Source: Thermodesulfobacteriota bacterium
GTDB taxonomy: Bacteria > Desulfobacterota_D > UBA1144 > Nemesobacterales > UBA2774
Length of the DNA stretch: 64,000 nucleotides
Direction of reading: 5' to 3'
NCBI GenBank assembly: GCA_965216785.1
Contig: OZ244197.1
Span: 2,784,001 to 2,848,000, forward strand
Under the pieces are notes generated by a model. That model made no database searches. It was not told the origin of the DNA and worked only from the letters and a program-made list of their open reading frames with translations. Position 1 is the first letter of the stretch, and each line of letters opens with the position of its first letter. The position numbers were made by a program, and so were the translations under genes. Shown piece by piece: positions 38,914-48,474 of this stretch.

Positions 38914-40128
38914 TTAAAGATGATAAGCACTATTGCCCTTTAATGAATCCGGTTTCTGATAACCTAATAAGTTAAGAACAGTTGGTGCTACATCTATTAT
39001 TTCAATTTCTTTTCTGTTTGGTTCATAGTCCTCATCAAGGAGCATAACAAAGCCTTTCTCGCACTCGTTATGGGGAAGATGCCCATGATACGATCTATAG
39101 ACGGGGCTCTTTAGCCTGCTCCTCATGTTTTGGTTTGTGAGTCCCAAGTATATGTTCGCAAGCGGGTGGTGAAAATCGGTCGGAAAGAATATCGTACCGG
39201 GATTTGTTATGAAATAATATTCTCCATAGCTGTCGTTGTTGAATTTTATATTGTATCTGTGTAACTCTTCAAAATGGAGTAACTTTCCTTTGTCCAGTTC
39301 CGAAAGATAGCTCAACATCTTTTCCCTGGCGCTGTCCGTGTGAAACCAGAACCTTGCCTTAGAAGCCTCAATTAGATAGCTAATTTCATGTTTTTGGATT
39401 CCCAATTCCTTTATTGTAGCCGCTATATCGATTGTATCTTTGACCTCAGCATGGCCATGATCACTCAATATCATGACTGAAATACCCCTTCTCTCACATT
39501 GTCCATGCATGTTTTTTATACAGTTATCGATCTTTTTATAAGCGTCGATCATCATATCTTCGTCATCAATATTCCAATGCGTAAAATGATCTGTCCCGTG
39601 CCCATCAAAAACCTCAAGCTTCTTATTTTTAATAAATTGAGGGTTGATCTCGCCTATCATTATGTGAAACCTGTCCTCATAGTGATAGTTACAGTTTTTG
39701 TCTCCAAGGATTTTAAAGATAGAATCTACTCCGTTAAAAGTGAACTGAGCGTTTGAGTTTCTCCACCAGTACTTGGTTTTATAAATATCAAAACGCCTTC
39801 GTCTCCAGTCAGGTACGCCCGCAAGGTCAAATTTTCCGTTAACAGCGTGTATGAAACATTGAAAGGTTGTTGAGAATATGTCAGGTAGATAATCCCATAT
39901 TTTTTTCGTATCAAAATCACGGTCATCTTTTAGGCGTGCCTGCCACATACCGTGCTCGTTGGGATAACAGCCCGACCACATCGTAGTCTTCATATCTACG
40001 TCCGGTATCGTGTTTATCTTAATCATCGGATATTTTCCTGTCAGGCTGTACAGATATGGTGTAATATCTGTAGTGACTTTCCTATAATCCATGCCACTAA
40101 AATACAGAATTATTAACTTATCAATCAT
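38914..40128 (-). CDS. Alkaline phosphatase superfamily protein, paralogue 1
   Basis: TMWSGCYPNEHGMW, TDHFTHW, ILSDHGH, RSYHGH, DVAPTVLNLLG; 404 aa. Confidence 0.82.
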   Translation of the reverse strand: MIDKLIILYFSGMDYRKVTTDITPYLYSLTGKYPMIKINTIPDVDMKTTMWSGCYPNEHGMWQARLKDDRDFDTKKIWDYLPDIFSTTFQCFIHAVNGKFDLAGVPDWRRRRFDIYKTKYWWRNSNAQFTFNGVDSIFKILGDKNCNYHYEDRFHIMIGEINPQFIKNKKLEVFDGHGTDHFTHWNIDDEDMMIDAYKKIDNCIKNMHGQCERRGISVMILSDHGHAEVKDTIDIAATIKELGIQKHEISYLIEASKARFWFHTDSAREKMLSYLSELDKGKLLHFEELHRYNIKFNNDSYGEYYFITNPGTIFFPTDFHHPLANIYLGLTNQNMRSRLKSPVYRSYHGHLPHNECEKGFVMLLDEDYEPNRKEIEIIDVAPTVLNLLGYQKPDSLKGNSAYHL

Positions 40129-40188
40129 AGCATTTCCTATTAAAAACCGGTTTTATATTCTTACTAAATACATTTAGCACAAGCCAGT

Positions 40189-41733
40189 TTAATGAAAGAT
40201 TGGTAATCTTGATATTACCTCAGCTTCCTCTTTATTTCTCGTACTGTTATCCCAATTAAGCTCCTTTGCCATAACTTCTGAATATTGCTTTAAATTAGTC
40301 CTTATCTCCTCAAAATCTAAGTCTAAGCGACGGAAAACAATGTCTGATAGCTTCCGGGCCATTTCTTCCCTTATGGCAAAAACAATTTGAGAGCTTACTA
40401 TAGAGTTTTTCTTATTCTCCATATTAGAGTTATCCTGAAGATTGCTTATGTTACCTGAGTATGGAGTAGCTAATCCGGTCAGAGAAGACCTAAACGTTTT
40501 TCCCATTTTGGTCATAATCAAATCTACACATTCCTCAGCCACTATTCTGGCTTCTGTGTATTTGGAGCCTCTTGCGGAGAAAAGTCCGCCGGGACCGTTT
40601 TCCTTTTCATGATCAAGTAGGTGAGTTCTTACACCTATTTTAGGTTTTCCATCATTTACTGAATAGGTGGGCACATAACCGCCGTACACAAATTCAACAT
40701 CGTCAGTCTTTAAAGAAGCGGCCGGATAGCAGGTATTGATATCATCCAGAAAAGAGCCTATTTCCTCGAGAGTTTCTTTAAAATTGTCCGGATCGTCATT
40801 TGAAGGCAGATATTCCGTCCCAATTAATGACTTGCCCTTCCAGGGTGTGATAAATAGATAACGGGATTTCTTTGAGAATATGCTTTGTATAGTAGGGTTT
40901 TTTATTTTCGTATTTAGTCCGAGTGCATACCCTTTTGTTAAATCTCTTCTAATTGCGAGATTGAATGCTTTTAAATTCCCCGAGCTCGCCAATGAAGAGT
41001 TTATCCCTGTACGAGAGGGTATATAGTTTAACCATGGCCCTGATGAGTTTACGGTAAATTTTGCACGAATCTCGAATTCATCTCTAGTTATTATGTCTCT
41101 GACAAAAGCTCCCTTTACTCTGTTATTTTTTATATTTAAGCCTAGGGCTTGCACATAGTTGGCTAAATTAGCGCCTTCTTCAAATGCTGAAGCTGCAATT
41201 GTGAGGCTAAAATGCTCAGAGTTTGACAGCTGGCAGTCGGTGAATATAATTCCGCCGCTGAGGTTATTTTTTTCTATATCGGGAATCATGTCTATGCACT
41301 CTTCTCTTGTGATAACCCGGTTATTGAATTTCTCTAAACCGCTGTGCTTTGATGCTCCAAGACCTATAGCTAAGAGATCATAAACTTTTAAAGCTGCGTC
41401 GAAGGATTTTTTTGTGAAAAAGTTGCTGTTATAAAGCGGTATTATTACCGGCATTGGTCTTACAAGATGTGGGGCGAGCTTCATTAAGATTCTCTGTTCC
41501 TTCATGAACCTCCTGGTACTGCTGAAATCAAGATATTGGATGTGTCTAAAGCCTCCGTGAATTATCCTGAGTGAATTGGAAGACGTGGCGCCCCCAAAGT
41601 CTCCTTTATCAATTAGTGCTACGGAGAGTCCCCTGAGCGCAGCGTCCCAAGCAATAAAGAGTCCGAGTATGCCTCCTCCTATAATAAGAATGTCATACTC
41701 TCTGTCTTTTAATTGTTCTAATCGTCTCTTCAT
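40189..41733 (-). CDS. GlpD-like FAD-dependent oxidoreductase (glycerol-3-phosphate dehydrogenase/oxidase family)
   Basis: IIGGGILG, DAALRGLSVALIDKGDFGGATSSNSLRIIHGG, APHLVRP, AIREEMARKLSDIVFRR. Confidence 0.85.
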   Translation of the reverse strand: MKRRLEQLKDREYDILIIGGGILGLFIAWDAALRGLSVALIDKGDFGGATSSNSLRIIHGGFRHIQYLDFSSTRRFMKEQRILMKLAPHLVRPMPVIIPLYNSNFFTKKSFDAALKVYDLLAIGLGASKHSGLEKFNNRVITREECIDMIPDIEKNNLSGGIIFTDCQLSNSEHFSLTIAASAFEEGANLANYVQALGLNIKNNRVKGAFVRDIITRDEFEIRAKFTVNSSGPWLNYIPSRTGINSSLASSGNLKAFNLAIRRDLTKGYALGLNTKIKNPTIQSIFSKKSRYLFITPWKGKSLIGTEYLPSNDDPDNFKETLEEIGSFLDDINTCYPAASLKTDDVEFVYGGYVPTYSVNDGKPKIGVRTHLLDHEKENGPGGLFSARGSKYTEARIVAEECVDLIMTKMGKTFRSSLTGLATPYSGNISNLQDNSNMENKKNSIVSSQIVFAIREEMARKLSDIVFRRLDLDFEEIRTNLKQYSEVMAKELNWDNSTRNKEEAEVISRLPIFH

Positions 41734-41736
41734 TTC

Positions 41737-42534
41737 TCATTTAACCACTTTTACTATAATATGGTGGCCGTAGGATTTTAAAAACCTTTTCGGAATCAAA
41801 TTAAATGCCGGGACGAAAAGTTTATTATACAAGACAGTTTGAATTTTATTGTCCCTATCGGCTTTAATCGGAAAGCGGTCGGTTGTAATACGGACCTCCG
41901 AAAAAGAGCTTAAAAGACTCTTAAGCTCTTCAGTCTTATGTTGTTTGAAAACCGGCGCTTCTTCTCTATATGATTTTGAGTTAAATGTTTTGAATAAAAG
42001 ATTCAGCCATGAATCTGAGTTATATAATACGAGATACGCTTCATGCTCCTTTTTGAGTACACGGTGTATTTCTTGAATCATTTTCTCGGGATTAGGAGTA
42101 TAAGGAATAGATGAGATAGCAAATACTACATCAAAACTCTCATCTTCATACTCCATGTACTCTCCGTCTGTTCTATAGACTTGCGCTTTTAAGTTGCGGA
42201 TTTCCACATTCTTTCTCGACATCTCAACAGCAAAATCAGATATATCTATGCCAGTAACAATAGCCCCGGAGTTTGCTAATTTCACAAGCTCGTTTCCAAG
42301 TCCACAGCCGATTTCCAAAATCCTTTTTCCCTCTAAGCTTCTATAGTCAATGGCTCCATTTAGGTAACCGTGCTTTTTCTCATAATAAGCCTTAATGTCA
42401 TTAAAATAATCGATAGTTCCTGGTGGATGTTTAGAAACCTGATACTCGTGCGGGTTTTTATTCCAATACTCACGTATATGCTCTATTACCGTTAATCCCG
42501 CTGAGTCAATATTACTGATTGAAGCTTTATTCAT
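41737..42534 (-). CDS. Class I SAM-dependent methyltransferase
   Basis: ILEIGCGLG, GIDIS, ESFDVV, EIHRVLK. Confidence 0.88.
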   Translation of the reverse strand: MNKASISNIDSAGLTVIEHIREYWNKNPHEYQVSKHPPGTIDYFNDIKAYYEKKHGYLNGAIDYRSLEGKRILEIGCGLGNELVKLANSGAIVTGIDISDFAVEMSRKNVEIRNLKAQVYRTDGEYMEYEDESFDVVFAISSIPYTPNPEKMIQEIHRVLKKEHEAYLVLYNSDSWLNLLFKTFNSKSYREEAPVFKQHKTEELKSLLSSFSEVRITTDRFPIKADRDNKIQTVLYNKLFVPAFNLIPKRFLKSYGHHIIVKVVK

Positions 42535-43739
42535 TAGAGACCCCTTTGCATGATCGCATTGAGAATTTGTCTTGTCTTTTCCATTTTGTCTTCCGAACTG
42601 TAGTTTTTCTCAAAACATTTCCTGGAATTGAGAGCAAGCTTGCTTGCATAGGAAGAATCTTCTATGACATCTATAATTCCCTGAGCGACAGCTTCAGGGC
42701 AAGTATTAACTAAAACTGCTGTGTCTTCATTTAAAACTTGAGTATGTGCCACGATATTTGTGGCGACTATAGGCTTTCCAGCTCCAAGGTAGTCATAAAT
42801 CTTCAACGGTGGATTGTTGCCGATTGTTCGCGTTGATAAGAGAACATCGGCGATTTTCATATATTGAGGTATTTCATCAATAGGAAGATTGCCAGTAAAA
42901 TTAACGCTAGATGCTATTCCAAGTTTAGAGGCCAATTCCTTTAAGCCCTTAATTTGGTTTTTATTCCCTCCAGCGAGAACAAACACGGTATCGTTACGTG
43001 ATTTAATCACTATCTGCGCAGCCGCCAGTAAAAGCTCGAGTCCCTGATAACGCTCAAAAGTTCCTGAGTATAGTACGACTTTGCTACCGTTAAGCTCTGT
43101 ATGAAAAAGTTTGAATGAGTCGGAGGTTTCTTCGTCTGCAGATTCAAAGTCATAATGCTGAAAATTCTCTATAGTAACTCTTGGAATTTTATTGTTCAGA
43201 CCCATAACATATGTGTCCAAATCTTCAGAGATCGTTATAACGCCCTTACAGGAATTAACAACATACTTTTCTAGAAGTTCAAAAGCATATATCAGACTTC
43301 TGTGTCGTTCATATCCGAAGTTTTTCATCGCTTGAGGAAGTGATGAATGAAAGTCATAGAGGTGTCTGACTTTAAATATCCTGGAGAACAAAGCTCCAAA
43401 ATAACTTGCTTCTTCGTGAGTATGTATAAGGTCATATTCTTTGCTTAATAGTAGGCGAAACGCTTTAAAAAAAATGAATACGTCGAGGAAGATTTTTTTT
43501 AATGAAGGGCCGACCGGAACTTGTTTTATAAACGGTATATTGACCGTGCGAAAAGTCTTAAGCCCTGGCAGCCCAATATCTTCCCCTACATGATAGGTTA
43601 CTAAATCCACCTCATGGCCGAGTTTGGATAAGTCTTCCAATCTGGATCTGACTGATATAGGGGTTCCTCGCGAAGAGAAGAAAGGTAGGCAAGCTAGCAT
43701 CAAAATTTTTAAACTACCGTTTGTATTAGAATCTGACAT
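42534..43739 (-). CDS. Glycosyltransferase family 4
   Basis: PFFSSRGTPISV, HTHEEA, YSGTFERYQG, PLKIYDYLGAGKPIVAT. Confidence 0.9.
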   Translation of the reverse strand: MSDSNTNGSLKILMLACLPFFSSRGTPISVRSRLEDLSKLGHEVDLVTYHVGEDIGLPGLKTFRTVNIPFIKQVPVGPSLKKIFLDVFIFFKAFRLLLSKEYDLIHTHEEASYFGALFSRIFKVRHLYDFHSSLPQAMKNFGYERHRSLIYAFELLEKYVVNSCKGVITISEDLDTYVMGLNNKIPRVTIENFQHYDFESADEETSDSFKLFHTELNGSKVVLYSGTFERYQGLELLLAAAQIVIKSRNDTVFVLAGGNKNQIKGLKELASKLGIASSVNFTGNLPIDEIPQYMKIADVLLSTRTIGNNPPLKIYDYLGAGKPIVATNIVAHTQVLNEDTAVLVNTCPEAVAQGIIDVIEDSSYASKLALNSRKCFEKNYSSEDKMEKTRQILNAIMQRGL

Positions 43740-43746
43740 TTAATAT

Positions 43747-44727
43747 TTATAGTTTTGTTTTAGAATCTATGATTTCTCTGATTACATAAGTTGGTTTATC
43801 TACAGACTCATAATAGGTCCTGACTACAAGCTCGCCGATAAGGCCGATAGAGCAAAGCTGGACTCCGAATATTATAAGGAGCGCTCCTAGTAGCAAAAGC
43901 GGTCTATCGCTTAGGTGATAACCGTAGAAGATTTTTAGGAACGAGAGGTAACCAGCAATTATTATACCCAGTAGGAAAGACACGATACCGAAGAGACCGA
44001 ATATCTGAATAGGTTTTGTAGAATAGCCCAACAGGAATTTTACAGCAATCAGGTCCAGTATCACTCTTATAGTTCTCGTGAGACTGTAACTGGAGGTGCC
44101 GGATATCCTGGGGGCATGATTGACTTCAATTTCGCTCACAGATACGCCCATCCAGCTGGCAACGGCAGGTATGAATCTGTGCATTTCACCGTAGAGTTTA
44201 ATGTTCTTTATTACATCACATCTATAGGCCTTAAGCGAGCATCCGTAATCATGAAGTTTTACGCCGGTTAACATGGAGATTATGTAATTAGCGATCTGAG
44301 AAGGTAGACGTCGAGTAAGATAGTCATCTGCCCTTTTCTTGCGCCATCCGCTTACAATATCGTATCCGTTATCAAGCTCCTGAATCAGTTTTTCTATATC
44401 GGCAGGATCGTTTTGCAAATCAGCGTCCATAGTAATGATGATATTTCCTTTTGCCAAATCGAAACCAGCCGAAAAGGCCGAGGTTTGTCCGAAATTACGG
44501 CGTAAACGTATAATTTTCAATTTTTCGTAGCTCGTTGAGAGCTTTTTCATAACTTCAAAACTGTCGTCTCTGCTTCCATCATCAATCATTATAATTTCGT
44601 AAGTTTGCCCAGTTTTAGTTAATACCTCATTTAATTTAGTCATCAGTGGTAAAATGTTATCTGATTCATTGAATACAGGTATTACGATCGATAGTTCTAA
44701 GTCGTTTTTTTCTTTAGAAGTTGCCAC
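43747..44727 (-). CDS. GT2 polyprenyl-phosphate glycosyltransferase (GtrB/ArnC-like)
   Basis: SIVIPVFNE, DDGSRD, RNFGQ, MDADLQNDPAD, LHDYGCSLKAY, HRFIP; two C-terminal TM helices. Confidence 0.9.
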   Translation of the reverse strand: MATSKEKNDLELSIVIPVFNESDNILPLMTKLNEVLTKTGQTYEIIMIDDGSRDDSFEVMKKLSTSYEKLKIIRLRRNFGQTSAFSAGFDLAKGNIIITMDADLQNDPADIEKLIQELDNGYDIVSGWRKKRADDYLTRRLPSQIANYIISMLTGVKLHDYGCSLKAYRCDVIKNIKLYGEMHRFIPAVASWMGVSVSEIEVNHAPRISGTSSYSLTRTIRVILDLIAVKFLLGYSTKPIQIFGLFGIVSFLLGIIIAGYLSFLKIFYGYHLSDRPLLLLGALLIIFGVQLCSIGLIGELVVRTYYESVDKPTYVIREIIDSKTKL

Positions 44728-45206
44728 AGTTCCATCATTCTATATCGTATTTCGGGGTTTTTAAAGTATGCCCTCCTTTAATAAGATCAAGATAAAGAAA
44801 TAATCGAGCCAGAGAAGTAAAGCGTATATCTAGGAAAAACCGGGAGCTAACTCAAATTATTGGCTCACATACCATTGAATAAAAAAACAGAGGAAGATTT
44901 CATCCCAACTCCAGACGTAGTGTGTTGGAAAGTATATGAAGTCTTTTATTTTTGAAGAGTTGGGATGTCAAAAAGCTAAGTTATGATTACCTATAACCAT
45001 TCAATTTACTTTGTAAAATGTATGAAAGTATGTCTATGAGTTCCTGAGGAAATTCGCCACCCCCCGACCAACAGACATTTGTCCGTTGGTTCTACCAAAA
45101 GGGAAATGGAATTATAATTAACCTCTCGTAACTACTTGATATGAAATGAATATTTATTTGCTAATGATTTTGGATCTTGAAAAAAAATACGCTTATTCAA
45201 TTTTCA

Positions 45207-45228
45207 TTCTTTGACTATTCTTTGACGG
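45207..45228 (+). promoter_or_regulatory. Putative integrase arm-type binding sites (right)
   Basis: Tandem TTCTTTGACTA-TTCTTTGACGG; an exact IHF consensus match (TATCAAGTAGTTA on the minus strand) lies at 45129-45141. Confidence 0.6.
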
Positions 45229-45282
45229 AAAAAATAGGATATTTCGAGGGGTCACACAACTAGCTGAATTTATTGGGATAAT

Positions 45283-45359
<77 letters not shown>

Positions 45360-45518
45360 AAGTGATTCCGGAAAGATTGAGAATATTACCCAAACGTACG
45401 GGAGTCTTCAATAATGGAAAATTTGTAGGGAAATCAAGATACTCACTCGATCGCATTTTCCCCCGTCAGGGGGATGGGGAAAAAAACAAACAAAGGTGAC
45501 GGATGGGATCCTTGACTT

Positions 45519-45541
45519 GTCCTGAACTCAATTCAGGATCT
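45519..45541. repeat. REP-like palindrome
   Basis: GTCCTGAACTCAATTCAGGATCT resembles the reverse complement of 2095-2120 (GTCATTCTGAACTTGTTTCAGAATCT). Confidence 0.5.
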
Positions 45542-45569
45542 GACCGGGACGACAATAAACGCCGTTTGC

Positions 45570-46358
45570 TCAAGCATCGATTACAGTCCAGTTGTCGCAA
45601 TAAAGATCGCTCGTGTCATGAGCCGCAGTGTAACCAGTACCGAACCAGCGGCTGGGCGCGATGATAGTCTTTTCTTCATTCTCTGATAGCCAGGAACCCC
45701 ACCAGGAGAAAGAAGAGTTCGCAATAATAAAGTCCTCACAAAGACTCATCAGACACAGCTCGGCAAGCTCGTCACATCCTTCACTGATGAGATACCTCTC
45801 GTCAGCAAACTGCTCCTTACACCAATCTGGGTCATCAGAAAACACCATGATAGGACGCATGGTATCAAAGTGCTTAATCGCTTCGTTGTAATAGTTAGGG
45901 GAGCAGGGAGGATGGTTTTCGCTGTTGGTCAGATAGTCGCCGCGGCGAACGTGCATAGCGATAGGATTCTCTACACCGTCCATCATCTCCTTACAAGGAT
46001 TGTAAATGTTATTCTTGAACTGAAAGTCCTGACGGATTTTAGATTCAATGTGCTTGAAGTATTTCTCTGTCTGAAGATACCCGTAGAGATTATGTCCATC
46101 AGGCATGTTGTTCAGCAGGTCTTCATCAAATGCAAAGTGCAGCTCCCGGACATAACTACCGGGAACAACTTTGATGTTGGTAAGACCCCTCAGTTTGAAT
46201 GCTTCAAAGAGCTGGTGGTCAGTCCATGGATCTTTGAAGTCGCTTGGAGGAATAGCAAACTCATAACCACAGTGCGCTGCGATACCACGCAGGCTTGCAT
46301 ACTGAAACATTTGATTGCCAAGTCGTCCGAGGCGGCCAAGGTGATTAAATCCAATCAT
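45570..46358 (-). CDS. Glycosyltransferase family 11 (alpha-1,2-fucosyltransferase)
   Basis: GRLGNQMFQYA, GYLQTEKYF, HVRRGDY, VFSDD, IANSSFSWWGSWL. Confidence 0.93.
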   Translation of the reverse strand: MIGFNHLGRLGRLGNQMFQYASLRGIAAHCGYEFAIPPSDFKDPWTDHQLFEAFKLRGLTNIKVVPGSYVRELHFAFDEDLLNNMPDGHNLYGYLQTEKYFKHIESKIRQDFQFKNNIYNPCKEMMDGVENPIAMHVRRGDYLTNSENHPPCSPNYYNEAIKHFDTMRPIMVFSDDPDWCKEQFADERYLISEGCDELAELCLMSLCEDFIIANSSFSWWGSWLSENEEKTIIAPSRWFGTGYTAAHDTSDLYCDNWTVIDA

Positions 46359-46676
46359 GATAGAAGCAATAGAAACTTTTTTCCAACACTAGTTAAATTA
46401 GAGATATCAGACACTCCACTTAAGTAATGTTATATTTAATTCTAAATTCTATACTGCTTCCCATTAAGAATCTAGTAGAATGAACTGGATATATGGGTTG
46501 AGTATTACGACAGAAACTACCTTGATTCAGCACACGAATCCCGCAATCCGTTTCAGGCGGAGCCGGAACATTCCAGCAATCATAGCTCAGATTTAAACGC
46601 AGCTTGACATAAGGGGAGCAGTACCTTATGTTGCAACTAGGAATTTAGCTGTCTTTGTAGATGATCCTTGCCAACC

Positions 46677-47486
46677 ATGATGAAGAAACTCATAAAACCA
46701 CTCCATCAGTACTTGGTAACCTTTGGAATCGACCCATTGATAACCATCCGCTCATTCAGAGGTATACCTAACTTTCTCATTGATTATTTCAAACTTAAAA
46801 AGCAACAACCAAAAGACAACAGCCACTTTGATTTTGGAAGATTCCACCCATGCTTTGATGACAGATTTGCACCTAGCGGCGATGCAAAAGGGCATTACTT
46901 TCATCAGGATCTTTTGGTCGCCTCCAGGATTTTCGTTAACCAGCCGGAGCGACATATTGATGTAGGGTCTCGAGTCGATGGTTTCGTTGCACATGTTGCA
47001 TCTTTCCGCACGATTGTCGTTGCTGATATTCGTCCCCTAAAAACTCACATACGTAATGTCGAATCTATACAGGTTGATATTATGAAGGAAGTACCCGAAG
47101 AACTGGTGGAATCTTGTGATTCCCTTTCTTGTCTACATGCACTTGAACATTTTGGGTTAGGGCGGTACGGCGATCGCGTATGCTGGGATGGTTATCGTAT
47201 AGGCTTCGACAATCTCCTGGCCATGCTTAAGCCAGGCGGCAAGTTTTATTTTGCCGTACCCGTGGGTGAGCAACGCATAGAGTTTAACGCACACCGTGTG
47301 TTCTCGATAGCATATCTGCTGGAAATGTTCTCAGGGCGACTGCGTGTAGATGATTATTCATACGTCGATGATTTGGGTGACCTTCATGAAAGCGTTATTC
47401 TCGATGAAAACAATATCAAGACTAATTGTGAGTGTTTATTTGGCTGTGGAATATTCGAGCTAACTAAGGTAAAAACATTTGAATAG
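46677..47486 (+). CDS. DUF268-type SAM methyltransferase-like protein
   Basis: HYFHQDL, HIDVGSRVDGFVAHVASFR, DSLSCLHALEHFGLGRYGD, FNAHRVF. Confidence 0.82.
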   Translation: MMKKLIKPLHQYLVTFGIDPLITIRSFRGIPNFLIDYFKLKKQQPKDNSHFDFGRFHPCFDDRFAPSGDAKGHYFHQDLLVASRIFVNQPERHIDVGSRVDGFVAHVASFRTIVVADIRPLKTHIRNVESIQVDIMKEVPEELVESCDSLSCLHALEHFGLGRYGDRVCWDGYRIGFDNLLAMLKPGGKFYFAVPVGEQRIEFNAHRVFSIAYLLEMFSGRLRVDDYSYVDDLGDLHESVILDENNIKTNCECLFGCGIFELTKVKTFE

Positions 47487-47672
47487 TAGGCTAGGAATTC
47501 CACAAAATAAAAAGATAAAAATTTGCATCAAGAGTGAGCTCCGCATTATTAATAGTTAGAACTTAAATCGAGCTTAACAAATGGGGGCAGCACAATTTAC
47601 AATCCTAGTCTAATATAAAAAGTGTGATCATGACAGCTAAACAATGACATAAGACTGATGAGAAAATACTAC

Positions 47673-48065
47673 TCAGTAACGCTTTCTGTTAAGGTAGTCA
47701 AAATCTATGAGCCTGGCTTTTACTCCCTTGGCGCGGGCGCGTTTGAGCATGTCGCCGCACACCTTACTGGTTCTGAGATTCTGAACGAACACGACCGCTA
47801 GGTCGGGGTTATGGTATGAGAGCATGAGCTCGTTACGGCGGTAGAAGCAGTTGTCTCCAAGCGCTCTTACTGCAGGGTGAACAATGCGGTCGATGCCGCG
47901 GACTTTACAGACCTCATCTGCGATGGACTCTGGCCCCGGCTCGCCGCCGTGGATTATAAGAAGCTTCTTACCCTCGAGCCTTGAGAGCTTCTCAAGTTTG
48001 ACTATCTCGTCCTCAATGTATCTATCGAATGTCCAGTGTCTTGACCCTGTGATTATGACCCGCAT
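47673..48065 (-). CDS. SLOG-superfamily (DUF2493/YspA-like) protein
   Basis: MRVIITGSRHW, IIHGG, RRNELML. Confidence 0.75.
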   Translation of the reverse strand: MRVIITGSRHWTFDRYIEDEIVKLEKLSRLEGKKLLIIHGGEPGPESIADEVCKVRGIDRIVHPAVRALGDNCFYRRNELMLSYHNPDLAVVFVQNLRTSKVCGDMLKRARAKGVKARLIDFDYLNRKRY

Positions 48066-48197
48066 CGACCGTCCCGCACCCCTACAGAACAGTCCAATTG
48101 ACTCTATTCTTTCATGGATACTGATTATTACTACTCTATAATATATTACATGGCGCCTTGGAATTGCAATACCGAGAGGAAGTATTTTCTGTTTATC

Positions 48198-48422
48198 TTA
48201 CCAAACATGGCTGTTTATATCGTCGGACCTGCCCGGGCGGAAGATATCCAGCGCGTCCGGGTTGTAGTAACCTCCGTAACCCTGAGGACACACGCATGGG
48301 TAATCGGTACTCTGGCATTCGTAACAGTCGCCCCCTACACTACCACCCACTTTGGCACCGCACGAGCCTAAGGATATAAGAAGTAGTGTAGCTAGAAGAA
48401 GTCTTATAAAATGAACCCGCAT
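48198..48422 (-). CDS. Small Cys-containing lipoprotein
   Basis: GAGG RBS; signal peptide with LGSC lipobox; CYEC...CVCPQGYGG. Confidence 0.65.
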   Translation of the reverse strand: MRVHFIRLLLATLLLISLGSCGAKVGGSVGGDCYECQSTDYPCVCPQGYGGYYNPDALDIFRPGRSDDINSHVW

Positions 48423-48474
48423 AGCCTCGCCTCTTCATTAACCTGCCTATATAAATTTACCACAGGATTAGCGT

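Noticed and set aside
44728-45282. Integrase gene or remnant at the island end
   Set aside because: No ORF of 60 aa or more in the track and no recognisable tyrosine-recombinase motif.
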